A stretch of DNA of 64,000 nt from Mytilus trossulus (Eukaryota): positions 64,356,001 through 64,420,000 of the forward strand of contig NC_086376.1 of assembly GCF_036588685.1 (NCBI RefSeq). The letters run 5' to 3'. A model generated the notes under the pieces. It was not told the origin of the DNA. It did not search any database and worked only from the letters and a program-made list of their open reading frames with translations. Made by a program: the position numbers and the translations under genes. This document shows, piece after piece, positions 51,792 through 64,000 of the stretch. Each line of letters begins with the position of its first letter. Position 1 is the first letter of the stretch.

Positions 51792-53604
51792 CACTGGTAT
51801 TAAAAAGATAATAGTAACTGCAATTACGATTATCCCAATATGGCGTCGGTTATGGTAAAATCTTTACGCTCGTTTTTCTTTAATGTAGCATGTATTTGTC
51901 AATAGTTACTCAGCTGCAAGGTTTATCTATACCATTTCATCATATTTGAATCTTTACGGTGCACTGGAATTGTCTGAGCGCTGTGAAAATAGCCGTTGAA
52001 AAATTCGGGATGATAATAGTAACTAGGAAAAAAGACAATCGTGATTATGGTATCTAAAAATAAAAAAGATAATAGTAACTGGAAACTGTTTTATTGATAT
52101 TGACACTAAAAACGTAAATCTGATAGCATATTATGAAATTATGGCGATGAATTATTTACGAAACGTACCAACATCTTATGACATTTCTTTTTATGCATAT
52201 ATAATTAATAGTCCTTATGAAAACATCAACATACTAGTATATCATAAAATTGGAAGGGTGAACAAGCTTCAAGAAATTTGGTAATGGGAAAACACGAACT
52301 TTGTTAATTTACAGAAATTTCCAAACACTAGGTATGCCACAAAATATGTGAATGAGCGATGAAAATTATGATACATGACAATAATTGTCAGGCGACACGC
52401 ATGTGTCACCTTATATCAGATTTCTGATTAAGACAGTAAACAAAAATCTATTTATCCTGAAGTAAATAGTAAATATAGTTATTATTGATTAAATTCATTT
52501 ATTGCAGGTGGTTATATGTGCTATTTCTGCCCCCGGGAAGCCACTGCTGATTTAATTCTAGAACATACCCTTTTATGCCATAACGAAGTAGGAAAGACAT
52601 TTAGTATTCGTCAAAAACCGTTTGACGAGAAATTAGTTGCTACAGTTTTCATGTCACTTCGATCATTTTTCATGGATGATATCACAACTTAAAAGTTATG
52701 ATAAACAAGGGATAACTTTGAAAAATGTTTTACAGTGTCATTTCGGAGTCTTTTATAGCTGACTATGCGGTATTGGCTTTGTTCATTGTTGAAGACCGTA
52801 CGGTGACCTATATTTGTTAATGATGAGTCCTGTTGGTCTCTTATGGAAAGTTGTCTCATTGGCAAACATACCACATCTTCTTATTTATATTGGCTACTTC
52901 ATGACTGTCACTGAAATTTCAGTATCTCAGATATAAACTATAAAAAACACAAATTTAATTTTGAATTATGATAATATGACATCCTTAAAACATTTAATGC
53001 TATATAAGACTAGAGAAAGATTGGCCCTACATGGGATTCTTTGTGTATTATGAAATTAAGTAACGTGGAGTTCATTGATAAACATGGATTTGTGTTCTTT
53101 TATAGTTTGGCCAAAAGCCCGACAATCAAGAAATAAAATTGATGTGGCTTTAAATTTTCTTACAAGAAATACTTATTCAAAGAATGACTGCAAAGTTAAG
53201 AATTAAATAACGCATATTCCGCAAAATAAGAAACAAACTTATTAAAAATTCATAAATACTCGGTATATGAAAAGTATGCTGCATACATATGCATGGAAGA
53301 TATTGTAGAGAAAAATATTGAAGGTACTAAACAAGGAACATTTTTGTATTTGCATGCTTGCCATATAATTAGAACTTTTCTATTAAATGAAAACAAAAAT
53401 TAGCCTTACCTAATTTTCGTGCATTTTTCTGAAGCACAAAATATTTGTTTCAAAATCTATAAAAATATTTGTAATTAAACCAGTTCCGACTGTGATGATC
53501 TATATGTTATGCCCTTTGATGTAATTTATCAATATACATATTTGTGTTTTTTTCTCGTCTGTCAAATGCTTCGTAAGACTATAGGTAAGGCTAATAAAAA
53601 CCAA

Positions 53605-53710
53605 AAACAAAAGTAACAATAAACAAAAGTAACAATAAACAAAAGTAACAATAAACAAAAGTAAAAAAAAAAAAAAAAAGTGACAATAAACAATAGTAAC
53701 AATAAACTGG
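53605..53710 (+). repeat. 16-bp minisatellite (AAACAAAAGTAACAAT)n
   Basis: Several direct copies, interrupted by a poly-A run. Confidence 0.8.
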
Positions 53711-53944
53711 TAACTATTCTAGATCCTTTACCATTGCACTGTTTTAAGAAACGTCCTAAAATACATGGGTATAATTTGATCAAAACATTTGAAATTAATT
53801 TTTAAAATCATATATTATATCAGTATAAAATAGAAAAAAGTGAATCCAAGGGAAAATATGGACGGCCGGTGAATTTATTGAATTATAAGGAAAAGGGAGA
53901 TATGGGGGGTCAGATATGAACAGTAAATCCGATAATGCAGTTTT

Positions 53945-54230
53945 ATAGATTATCGTTGATTATCTCAACGAGATTGATTTTCTCGTTTGAGCTGGTACAG
54001 CGAAAGTGAGAAAAGCAATCGAGTTGAGATGACCAATGAGAATCTGTTTATCGCTATTTTACCTATGACGACGTTGTCAATTTCAATGTTAATTTCGTTA
54101 GCAACGCCACGTGGCCTCCTTAGTTTCTAGCGATATTTTTTCCATCTCAAGCGAGAAGCATGATTTGAAAATTATCACAAAAAAGATCTAAGGAAAAATG
54201 CACAAAATAGCGATAAATAAAGATATTGAC
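53945..54230. repeat. Dispersed repeat also present inverted at ~1610-1790
   Basis: GATTATCGTTGATTATCTCAACGAGATTGATTTTCTCG... is the reverse complement of about 1680-1785. Confidence 0.75.
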
Positions 54231-55164
54231 GGAAACTTTTGTTCATTTAGCACAAAATTTGAGTATAAACGTGATATAAGAGTCAAACAACATATGACAT
54301 ATGAAAATGTGGTATACGTGACTTTCATTTTGAGCAATGAATTGAAAGGATTGCACTTTAGAATGGGATATAGTTTATCCATCCCTTTTCTCATCAAATA
54401 GAGATATATAGGTAAATTTATCCTAGATATTAACCTGTTAGTTTCTTCATTTATTTTTATATGCGTTAATGTCATCGTTAAACTGGGCATTTACATTTTT
54501 AACACGCAAAATACCATTGAAATGCTGAAAGACACATTTATTATGTTTCAGTTACTATTATCCGATTAAGAAAATTACGATTATCAAAGAAGAAAAAGAC
54601 CATAGAGTTACGATTATCATCCATTTTTCAACGGCTATTTTCACAGCGCTTAGACAATTTCAGTGCACCGTTACGATTCAAATATGATGTGATGGTATAG
54701 ATAAACCTTGCAGCTGAGTAACTATTGACAAAAGCATGCTACATGCTACATGTAAGAAAAATGAGTGTAAAGATTTTACCTATATCTACCGACGCCATAT
54801 TGGGATAATCGTAATTGCAGTTACCATTATCTCTTAAATACCAGTGATTTAATCTACCTGTCGGAAAACACCTCTACTTATTTAGATCGCGTCGGTAGAC
54901 CTTTATTCGGAAACGACTTATTTAAAAAAAAATCGACTGATGCATGAAAAATAAAATTCGGCCCAGAATTAATTAGTCTACAACGATTTGAAAGTGAGAG
55001 AAATTATTTTATTAGATTGTGGATAAAATTTAAATCGTGGTTCAGGTATAATCCGGTTACCGCCGGTTAACGATAAATATATTTGATAAATATTAAATCT
55101 ATGAAGTTTTGAGTAATATATATGGTTTAGTGACTGGATAAACCTGGAATTTAAAGTAGAAACT

Positions 55165-55333
55165 TACAGACTGGTACTTTATGTCTATTTAGATCATTTG
55201 TGCTATTTCCTGACGATCATTTGTGCTATTTCCTTTACAGACTGGTACTTTATGTCTATTTAGATCATTTGTGCTATTTCCGGACGATCATTTGTGCTAT
55301 TTCCGGACGATCATTTGTGCTATTTCCTGACGA
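55165..55333 (+). repeat. Compound minisatellite (23-bp unit with higher-order repeat)
   Basis: GATCATTTGTGCTATTTCC(T/G)GAC repeated five times, with TTACAGACTGGTACTTTATGTCTATTTA present twice. Confidence 0.85.
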
Positions 55334-56187
55334 GAAAAACCCCTGTTACATTAATTCCGCCAGTGTTTTTTCTGTTGAAAAACTGTCTAGTTTTCAGGCC
55401 ATAGTGGATAGAAGTTAAAGGTTATGCCATCTCTATGATCTGCTGATATCGGTGACGACTTTCACTATACGTGTATATTATGTCATGTAGGCTAGTGCTC
55501 TCCCAGAAGAGTGGGAAAAAAACTGTTATTACATCAATGCTTGAGTCCTAAACTTCAACAAATTCAAGCAATAAATGAGCTGAAATAACCATATGATTCT
55601 TGAACCAGATGTTCCACAGGGCGCAGAGGTCAAACCCTGAACAGTTGGGGCAAATATGGACACAACATTCAAGCTTGATACAGCTCTGAATTTGGATTGT
55701 GATTAAAAAGTCCATACAGAATAGGTTTCTGACACAGAATTAATGTTGTCTAAGCTATTAAAAAAATGGACATTTATCATGGTCAAATATCCAAAATCTA
55801 CATACTGTGTATTCTTAAATTTTAGTCCCGTTTTCAAATTGATCTACATTAGGGTATAAAGGAGCCTAACTTAAAGTTAGTTTGATTTTAACAAAGAATT
55901 AATTTCTTGGGGTCAGTCATAGCCGGTCAAATTATCAGAATGCTATTCCCAGTCTAAAAATAAGCCTGAAAATATGCAGTGAAATCCGATTGATATGTTT
56001 CTAAGTTTATATTTATCAGTCCACTGTATATTAAATGAGCGAACATGCAACTTATGTTGATGCTTTAAGAAAAAGATTAAATCGATCATCATGATTATGA
56101 AAATTAAGAGTCGGGTTGGATGTTTCCACTGGATACATGCGCTGTCAGATATAAAGACATATATATTGTTTCATGTTTTAAAATGCA

Positions 56188-56274
56188 CATATTTGCTAGC
56201 CAAATGTTACGATCCACTTCCGTTCTCTTCAACAGAGAGCGGGAGTGGATCGTAACCCTTGGCTAGCGAAGATG
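56188..56274. mobile_element. 87-bp hairpin MITE with 9-bp TSD (Mutator-like)
   Basis: CATATTTGCTAGCCAA...TTGGCTAGCGAAGATG, flanked by TAAAATGCA on both sides (56179-56187, 56275-56283). Relatives at about 2746-2830 and 16771-16830. Confidence 0.85.
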
Positions 56275-56426
56275 TAAAATGCATAATAAATTTTTAAAGC
56301 TGCAAGACAAATTCAAAAGGGGAAAGTCCAAAAAACTGTCAAAATCAATCAAAAGGACAAGTGAAACCAAACTGCTATAATCCTGACAGTTGTTCCACTG
56401 TTGTTGTATTATTCATATTATATATA

Positions 56427-56750
56427 TGACGTTTCGTCCCCGAGGGTATCACCAGCCCAGTAGTCAACACTTCGGTGTTGACATGAATATCAATAATGTG
56501 GTCTTTTTATAAATTTCCTGTATACAAAACTTTGAACTTTTTGAAAAACTAAGGATTTTCTTATCCCAGGCATAGATTACCTTAGCCGTATTTGGCACAT
56601 GTTTTTGGAATTTTGGATCCTCAATGCTCTTCAACTTTGTACTTGTTTGGGTTTATAAATATTTTTGATTTGAGCGTCACTGATGAGTCTTATGTAGACG
56701 AAACGCGCGTATGGCGTACTAAATTATAATCCTGGTACCTGATAACTATA
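56427..56750 (+). ncRNA. Near full-length retrozyme monomer with intact type I hammerhead
   Basis: CTGATGA 56680-56686, GAAA 56700-56703, CGCGCG, cleavage triplet GTA. Also carries the hairpin GTCAACAC-TTCG-GTGTTGAC. Confidence 0.85.
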
Positions 56751-57106
56751 TATTGCAGATGTTGCTTTTTGAGATTTACTGACGAACATCCTATACAAAA
56801 CAATTGCATTTTTACGCATAAAGGAAAAAGGAGCCGAATATTCATCTTTTTTTTCAATTTCTTTCTGAAACAAATTATTTTTTGTTTAAAAATACATAAT
56901 CAAAAGCCTATTTTTTTTTAAACACACACAAGATTGGGCTTTAATACGTTTAGCTTAAGAGTTATTCAAATGATATTGATGGTGATCAAGGTCAAAGTCA
57001 TTTAAATAGACAAAAATATGTGCAGAAAAGTGGTTTCCTGATGTAAAATCAATCGATTAATGTTTTTACACTATCCACAGATCCAGATATAAAGTCACAG
57101 ATATCT

Positions 57107-57222
57107 TATTTGGGTTTTTTTACACTTTTTTGGATTCGAGCGACACTGATGGGTCTTTTGTAGACGAAACGCGCGTGTGGCGTATATATAATATTTAGTC
57201 CTGGTATCTATGACGAGTTTAT
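57107..57222 (+). repeat. Short retrozyme fragment inserted after the segmental duplication
   Basis: The hammerhead is mutated (CTGATGG, GTG triplet). The paralogous site near 40430-40460 lacks the fragment. Confidence 0.75.
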
Positions 57223-57867
57223 CCATCGATAAAAAAAAAGTGCAGGAAAAATGTTTTTCCAGATGATTAATTAAGTTCATTTTCTATCTGATTTCAACTT
57301 CGAAAGAATATATTGTAACATGGAGTAACTCTAATTGAATTTGAGGTCAAAGTTTTATCTCAAGGTAGTATTTACATAAAATATAATGATGATAAGCATA
57401 ATTGTGAAGTTTCTGAATCATAACAGAAATAACCATCACTTAAAACGAACACCTAATGGAAAAAAAAAATTAAAAAAACGTGTTGGTTCGTTCATCTCGG
57501 ACAGTGTCAATCAATTCTCTTCAATAGTTAATTGTACATATTTTAAAAAACATAATTTGAATTTTCAAATGCTTAAGAGACAAACATATTTTCTAAAACG
57601 CTCAATATTATTTCGAAGTAGAAAATTCTAATTTTTTATATACTTAAAATTAAAATTTAATAATTAATTATTATGTTTGTTAAAGAAATAGTGCTCCGTG
57701 CTATATATTAATTGTTATTCGGTAGCCTGTGTCTTGGAAAAAATACTTCTTTATACATCATTACTTGAGAACGCATATTCATAAAAAAAAGTTTTTCGTA
57801 TAGGTAATATTGTGTTCGCGAATATTAAATTGGCGTCTTTTGATAATAAAACACAACTTATAAAACA

Positions 57868-60318
57868 ATGATAACAAAGAATTGGATAATAATCGTGAAC
57901 TTTGTCTTGCCAGGTTTGGGTAAGTATTTCAATATTAAAACTTTTCTCGATATGAAAACGCGAAAAATACAGTACAATCTCATATTTAAGAAAAGGACAA
58001 ACTTATTCAAATGTTAACTTCTATTTTTACATGTCCCAACTAATTCAGCTCTCAACTCTATCATTTGTTACACTGACTACAGCGACTTTACTACAAACAA
58101 CTCAGAGACCAAAAAGACCATGTTTTGTGCTCGACCAGTAGAGTCTGATTAATCTTGGTAAATAAAAGATAGATTTTTTTCAGTTTTGATTTAATTCAGA
58201 TAGTCACCTTCAATTTTTTTCTTAACTTTTTCAAATCTACTAATGTTTTCATCAAACCTTTTAGTTATCTCAATTATATATTTATCTATTCGTGTTTGAT
58301 AGTTTAGTGTAATAATCTTAAATCGAAGGATTGAATTGATACGACAAATAAACTAGAACTTTCGATTCTAACTTAATTCAGAAAAAAAAAATCGATTCAA
58401 TAAAACAAAGGAAAATTTAGTCGTAACTTAAACGAAACTATATAATGTAGTCCCACTAGGCCACGATCGCACTCCGATCTTTGAAAAAATGCAAATTTTG
58501 ATGATCGTAGTACGATCGTGTAGATCGCAGTAAGGTCGTATTACGGTAGTGGCGAGGTCCTAGAGATCGTGATGAGAGTGGCCAACTTTGAACATTTTCT
58601 AAACAATCATGGCGAAATCAGAAGCTTAGTGAGAGCGCACTAATGTCATAGTAAGATCGCAAAGGTCGCTGTACCATCGCAGCGACAGCGTATCAAAAGC
58701 TTGATTATATTCGGAGAGACTGCACAACGATCTCACAGCGACGTTATTAAGACCTCATTACGGCCATCACGTTCTCATTGCGACCCAACTACGCTTCCAC
58801 TACGACTATACAACGTTTACATCACGCTGTGCAAGACCATAGTACAATTCTAGCACGCCCTTGCCGTCCTTATTACGCTCTTCTTACGACCTGACTAAGT
58901 TCATACTACGACCTTCATTCTCATTGTCATTTTCACATAAAATATATTATATATCTCTAAGTTTTGTTTGTCTGTATGTAGTTCTTGTCCATTTTCTCTA
59001 ACGACTCAACCAGGTTAGATAAGACAGTTTGTTTTCTCGTTTGAATGGATTTACACTAGTTATTTAAGGGCCATTCATAGCTTGCTGTTCGTTGTGATCC
59101 ATGACTCCCTATTGATGGCCGTACAATGGCATATAATGGTTTACTTTTTTAAATTGTTACTTGGATGGAGAGTTGTCTCATTGACACTTATACAACATCT
59201 TCCTATATATATTGACATATCTGTGTCATCTCTGCTTTCATTCACTATTGTCATTTGAGCCTTAAGGACCAGTAAAAGGTTGTAACTTAGGTTGGATTGG
59301 TCGGTCCGAAATTTCTGCTTGATCAGTATTCGTGACTATTAGAGCTCCCTCTGCCTCTACATCAACCCCTACCACCACGCCCACGTGTTCTAGAATATTT
59401 AGGTTGCATGACTATAAAAAAGAAGATGTGGTATGATTACCAATGAGACAACTGTCGCGGTTTGAACGTAGTATCATCGTGGTAAGAATGTACTATCATT
59501 GCAGTAAAAGCGTGATAAGATCGTGTTGCAATCGGATAACTCGTGGTATGGTCGTAGTGAGATCGTGATGAGCGTAGAAAGATCTTGATAAGCATAGAGA
59601 GGTCGCTGAATACGCGCGGTGAGATCGTGGAATCAACGTAGCGGGATCGTTGTAGAAACAGCATCGTGAAAGCAACGAAAATTTACATTTTCATGCCGCT
59701 CATACATGATTTGAATTTATTTTAGATCGCGTTGAGCGTAGTGCAATCGTGGTCTAGTGGGACTGGGGCTAACGAATTAATCTCCAATAATAAAACATGT
59801 AGTGATTAAGCAAAACTTCTATTATTAAAGCATTCACCAGGATGAACGCTAGACTTGTTATTGTATTCATGATAATACAGCTAAACCCGAAGAACATGTT
59901 CCATACCACTTTTTTAAATCCTGCAGATGGAATAATTTTTATACGATGAAATACCAATTTTATTAATGAATTTTATAATTAATATATAATTATTTATGTC
60001 GTTTTTTTTTAATTCTGATTATGAGTTTTGAACAGCGGTATACTACTGTTGCCTTTATTTCTTTAAACACAGCACTAAGGGAGAACATAGCCCTTAACAA
60101 GGATAATATGCAAAGCTCGACTTTAGTGGAGAATGCCAATCGACCAGCAATATCGTCTCTTGCTAATGATGGTAGCAATGAACAAAACTATATGGCTCGC
60201 GGCGGACCATTTTGCAGTCACACGCTAGCGGACGAGGCAAACTATTGGTGGGCACTTGATCTTGGACAAGAGTATAACATTATCACTTTAACAATATACA
60301 ATAGAAGGGACTGCTGTG
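57868..60318 (+). CDS. F-type lectin copy 2, exons 1-2 (remainder expected beyond window)
   Basis: Exons 57868-57919 (MITKNWIIIVNFVLPGL) and 60073-60318 (ALRENIALNKDNMQSS...CSHTLADEANYWWALDLG...NRRDCCG), the same lengths (52, 246 nt) and phases as copy 1. Confidence 0.9.
58449..59770. mobile_element. Harbinger-like non-autonomous TIR element in lectin copy 2 intron 1
   Basis: AGTCCCACTAGGCCACGATCGCACT ... AGTGCAATCGTGGTCTAGTGGGACT, rich in ACGATC/GATCGT motifs. Absent from copy 1. Confidence 0.75.
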
Positions 60319-60339
60319 GTAAGTGATGTCTGCATAATA

Positions 60340-60730
60340 ATTATTATCCTGGTTTAGAGTAGTTTTTCCAGATTTGATTGGCTGATATTGTCCTAATAAA
60401 TTTCAGTACAATTTTTTATTACGTCAATAGGAATGATCTCCCTTATTTATTACGTCAATCGTGATTATTACCCTTGTAGCATTGACCTTATAAAAAAGAA
60501 AAAAAAAGAGTTGCTTTATAGTCATAATTTTTCACAGTTTTAGATTAAATATCTGAAATATATTTGGTTGATATTGTCCTTATATTGAATTTGAATATAA
60601 AAATATATAATATAACAAAATATAGGATAAACTCGTTACACAATGTTCGATTGTCCTCGACCCGATATGAATTTTATTGACCCGATATATTCTCGTATTA
60701 GGACAATTGTACACTGTGTAACTAATAATA
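60340..60730. mobile_element. ~390 bp insertion specific to lectin copy 2 intron 2
   Basis: Copy 1 reads GTCTGCATAATAACAGATATCAAAGAAATGTGG without it. Internal inverted motif TTGTCCTAATA / TATTAGGACAA. Confidence 0.6.
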
Positions 60731-61428
60731 TTAAAGAACTGTGATATGATTGTCAATGAGACAAACATCTATCACAGTTCAAACACTATTTGTTTTATAA
60801 AGCCACCAACTATCAGTATGGATTTTCTTTTGCTTTACGTTTTGTACTTTTTTGTTTTGTTTTTGTAGCTCTCCATTTTTTGCAAAAAGCTTTTGATTTT
60901 CAAATATTTTGGCCTCGAGCATTACTGAAGAAACATTGATTGGCGACATGCACATCTGGTGTAGATAAAATTACAACCACTTGGACGATGCCTCTGTAAT
61001 TGGACTTATAGTCCCCGATGGTATCACCAGCCAAGTAGCCAGTACTTCGGTCTTGGCATGGAAAGACTGATTTTGTGTAATGGAAATTTCCTATTACAAA
61101 ATAATGGAAATTATTCAAAATTAAGGATTGTATCTCTCTCATGCAAATCTCTGATTCTTTTCCCGCCTTAAGTTTTACTTTTTTTTTTGTTATCCTTTTT
61201 GGTTTCAAGATCTCTATCTTTTTAATAAATGTTGAATTTTAAAATGTTTTTGACTCGAGTATCATTGACGTAACATTGGTTTGTCGAAATGCGTATCTGG
61301 TGCAGATAGATTGTCACTTTTTTTTGTTATTTGATAAGATAAGGGTTAATTTTCACATTACTTCTGCATTTGAGTTTTGTTCAAACAAGTTATGGTTTTT
61401 CGGGTTTATTCTAGCATTTATCATTCGT

Positions 61429-63125
61429 AAAGGAGGGACGAAAGATACCAAAAGGACAGTCAAACTCATATATCCAAAACAAACTGACAACGCCATGGCT
61501 TGAAATGAAAAAGACAAACAGACAAACAACAGTACACATGTCACAACATAGAATAAACAACACGAACCCCATCAAAAACTAGAGGTGATCTTAGGTGCTC
61601 CGTAAGGGTAAGCAGATTCTGCTCCACATGTATCACCCGTCGTGTTGCTTATGTGGTAACAAATCCGATAAAAAGTCTAAATCAGTAGGTCACATTCATG
61701 AAAGAAAAGGGGTTTGTAGTTACGACATAAGGAACAAATCCGATATCATTTGTGAAACGGTTATCACATAACTGTCAACCAACTCGTGATGGCGTCCGTA
61801 AAATTTACGAAGGGATGATTTTCAACTTCACCATTTGGAACTCTTGGTTTAACAGTTCCTTGTGAGCAGCAATTCTCTATCAAGAAAATCATTATTAGGA
61901 AAAGGAAATGCAAGCACGGGAATATCGTATCAGTTGGGAGATATATACCGCGTATGCAGGTGTTGCTTGAATATTGCTACTTAAAAATTGAAAGTTCACA
62001 ATTGGAAAGCTGAAATCTTATCTTTTGTCGTAAGGTTTTGTTTTCAACCGACCCTCATTGTCAATTTATATATGTAGGTCAAGTTAAGAAGCCGACTTAA
62101 CTTATCTGTAGTATCCTTTATCTCTAGTTCAATGGGATAGATGCGTTCCACATAGTCACCAAATTTTAAGTTATTTAGTGAAAGAACATCATCTATATAG
62201 CGGAAAGTAGAGTTAAAGCATATTGCTAACTTCTTAACTTTCTTCCTAAGAAGTTCCTGCATGAAGTCAGCCTCATAATAATAAAGAAATAAGTCGGCAA
62301 ATAGAGGGACACAGTTTGTTTCCATTGGAATGCCGACAGTCTGTTGAAAAACACGTCATCCGAGCGTAACATATATGTTATCAATCAAGAAATCAAGCAT
62401 CTTGATAGTTTCAGAGAATTTTTTTTTGAATCAGAGTGATCCTTTACAAAGTAAAATTTATTCCACCCTAAAACAAGATACTTGTATCTACGTTGGCCAT
62501 TCTTTTTTATGAAGCAAAGCAATACCAACTCTTTCAATTTGTCTTTTTGTTTGGAATGTGGAATACTTGTGTAAAGAGTATAAAAGTCAAATGTTTCAAT
62601 ACTGTTACAAGATGAAAGAGAGCTAGATTGTACATGTATGTACTCTAAAAGATCTTTGGAATTTTTAAGTATCCACACCTGATTCACGCCACCTCTAAAA
62701 TAGGCAGTTTTACAATAACTTTGAAGCCCGTCTTTGATTGCTGATAAAAAAAGATATGAATCATTTTGAAAGAGGTTTCGTGGAGCACTTGGAAGACCCA
62801 GCAATATAATGTTGTTTGTAAGGACACTTATGTAGTTTAGGTATCCAATACAGTGATGGAAGATCCAGTTCTTCACCTTTGGTTGAAATTCCAAAAGAAC
62901 AAAGAACAAACCTATGATTATCCAGGATTTCCTCTTTGGTAAGTGTCGTGAGGGTATATGTTGAGTTTCCAAGTGAATTGTCAATACCTAATTCGTTTAT
63001 CAAACAGTTAATGTAATGACTTTTACACACAAAAACGATGTTATTTGGGGCTTTGTCTGCGGAGACAACAACATATTTGTCATAGGCGTCGGATAGGTGT
63101 TTTGCAACATTTGGGTTTTTAAATG
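61429..63125 (-). mobile_element. Penelope-like retroelement, 5'-truncated, frameshifted reverse transcriptase
   Basis: ADKAPNNIV, LPSLYWIPKLHK, FDFYTLYTSIPH, GIPMETNCVPLFADLFLY and FRYIDDVLSLNN across three frames. Absent at the paralogous site near 44745. Confidence 0.88.
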
Positions 63126-64000
63126 TAAATGGTTCTAAACACCCTGCGCCAAGACTTTCGCCCCAGGCCAGATGAATAATTAACAAGCATCAATTTGTTT
63201 TATGTTGTTGTTGCATTGGTCAATATTTTCATATATAACTAAACAGGCGGAAACCCAGTTGAAATAGGACAAAAGAATCGAAGCTCTTTGTTAGAGAAGG
63301 CGATAACTGCTGACTGCTGCAATGTTAAACATAGTAGCAAATTTTTTAAATGTTAATAGAAACAAATTAAATGACTGTTTTCAGCTAAATTACGAAGTAT
63401 TTTATCATAAAAACACCATTATTATTATTATTATTATCATCATTATTGATGTTTTGGGTCGCGACTTTCCTGATATGAAACTTGCGCCCTATATGTTGAA
63501 TATCATTTGCATAAGTTTTCAATCTATCTTTTACATAATTAAGCAGAACAATTATCTTGTCAAGTAGAATTAATAATGAAATATCATGCTATCTTAACGT
63601 GACAAGTTGAATAGACTATGGCACTTCAGAGCAATATCTTGACTTTTCATCAAGAACACAAGATAATTATGTCGACTTATTATCATGAAACATATCGTTA
63701 AGCAACCAACAATCAATCAATCAATTTAAATCCTTAAATTTGGATTTTTAACAAATAATGCATGGAACAAACAAATATTTTCTTATGTTACTGAAACTTC
63801 ATTCAGCAAACACTACATCATTCTTTGTCATTTAGTTAAAGAAAAGGGAAAGTGATCGAGATTGGAAATTTTGTAAAATAAAATATGTTTTGGCAGAGAT
63901 GCGTCTTTAGCATGTGTGTAAACATGACTAATGAAATAGGTTGATGATGTAGACTATATTGTGTGCAAATCCTCAGATTAACAACATGCAGAAATGACGA

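Larger units (their letters stand above)
51792..54846. mobile_element. ~3 kb DNA element with long (~220 bp) TIRs and CACTG..CAGTG termini (CMC/EnSpm-like)
   Basis: 51792-~52010 is the reverse complement of ~54620-54846. Subterminal GATAATAGTAACT repeats; no matching TSD seen. Confidence 0.75.

Noticed and set aside
55165-55333. CRISPR-like appearance of 23-bp repeats with intervening sequence
   Set aside because: The intervening sequences are identical, most units are directly adjacent, the context is eukaryotic and there are no cas genes. It is a minisatellite.

Overview
AT-rich, intron-containing animal DNA. The repeat content points to a bivalve, most likely Mytilus (inference, no search run). 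The ORF track misses most real genes because they are split into short exons. Reading splice sites by hand gives three tandem + strand gene families. (1) Three intact 4-exon universal stress protein (USP) genes at 509-13275; one has a GC-AG intron and one a dead duplicate of exon 2. (2) Two paralogous small secreted-protein genes at about 17747-22886 and 29707-32912, not recoverable from the ORF track. They share exon phases, a Cys pair and FRY/NHL/YNTT/KVLKMV motifs, and resemble a divergent stand-alone BRICHOS-like domain. (3) Two F-type lectin genes inside a ~16-18 kb tandem duplication; the complete copy has a C-terminal PAN/Apple-like domain. Between the genes lie a SAP-SWIM-YqaJ exonuclease pseudogene, many type I hammerhead-ribozyme retrozyme copies, a Penelope-like RT fragment, Gypsy integrase and MULE fragments, TTAA (Kolobok-type) elements, MITEs and SINE-like repeats.
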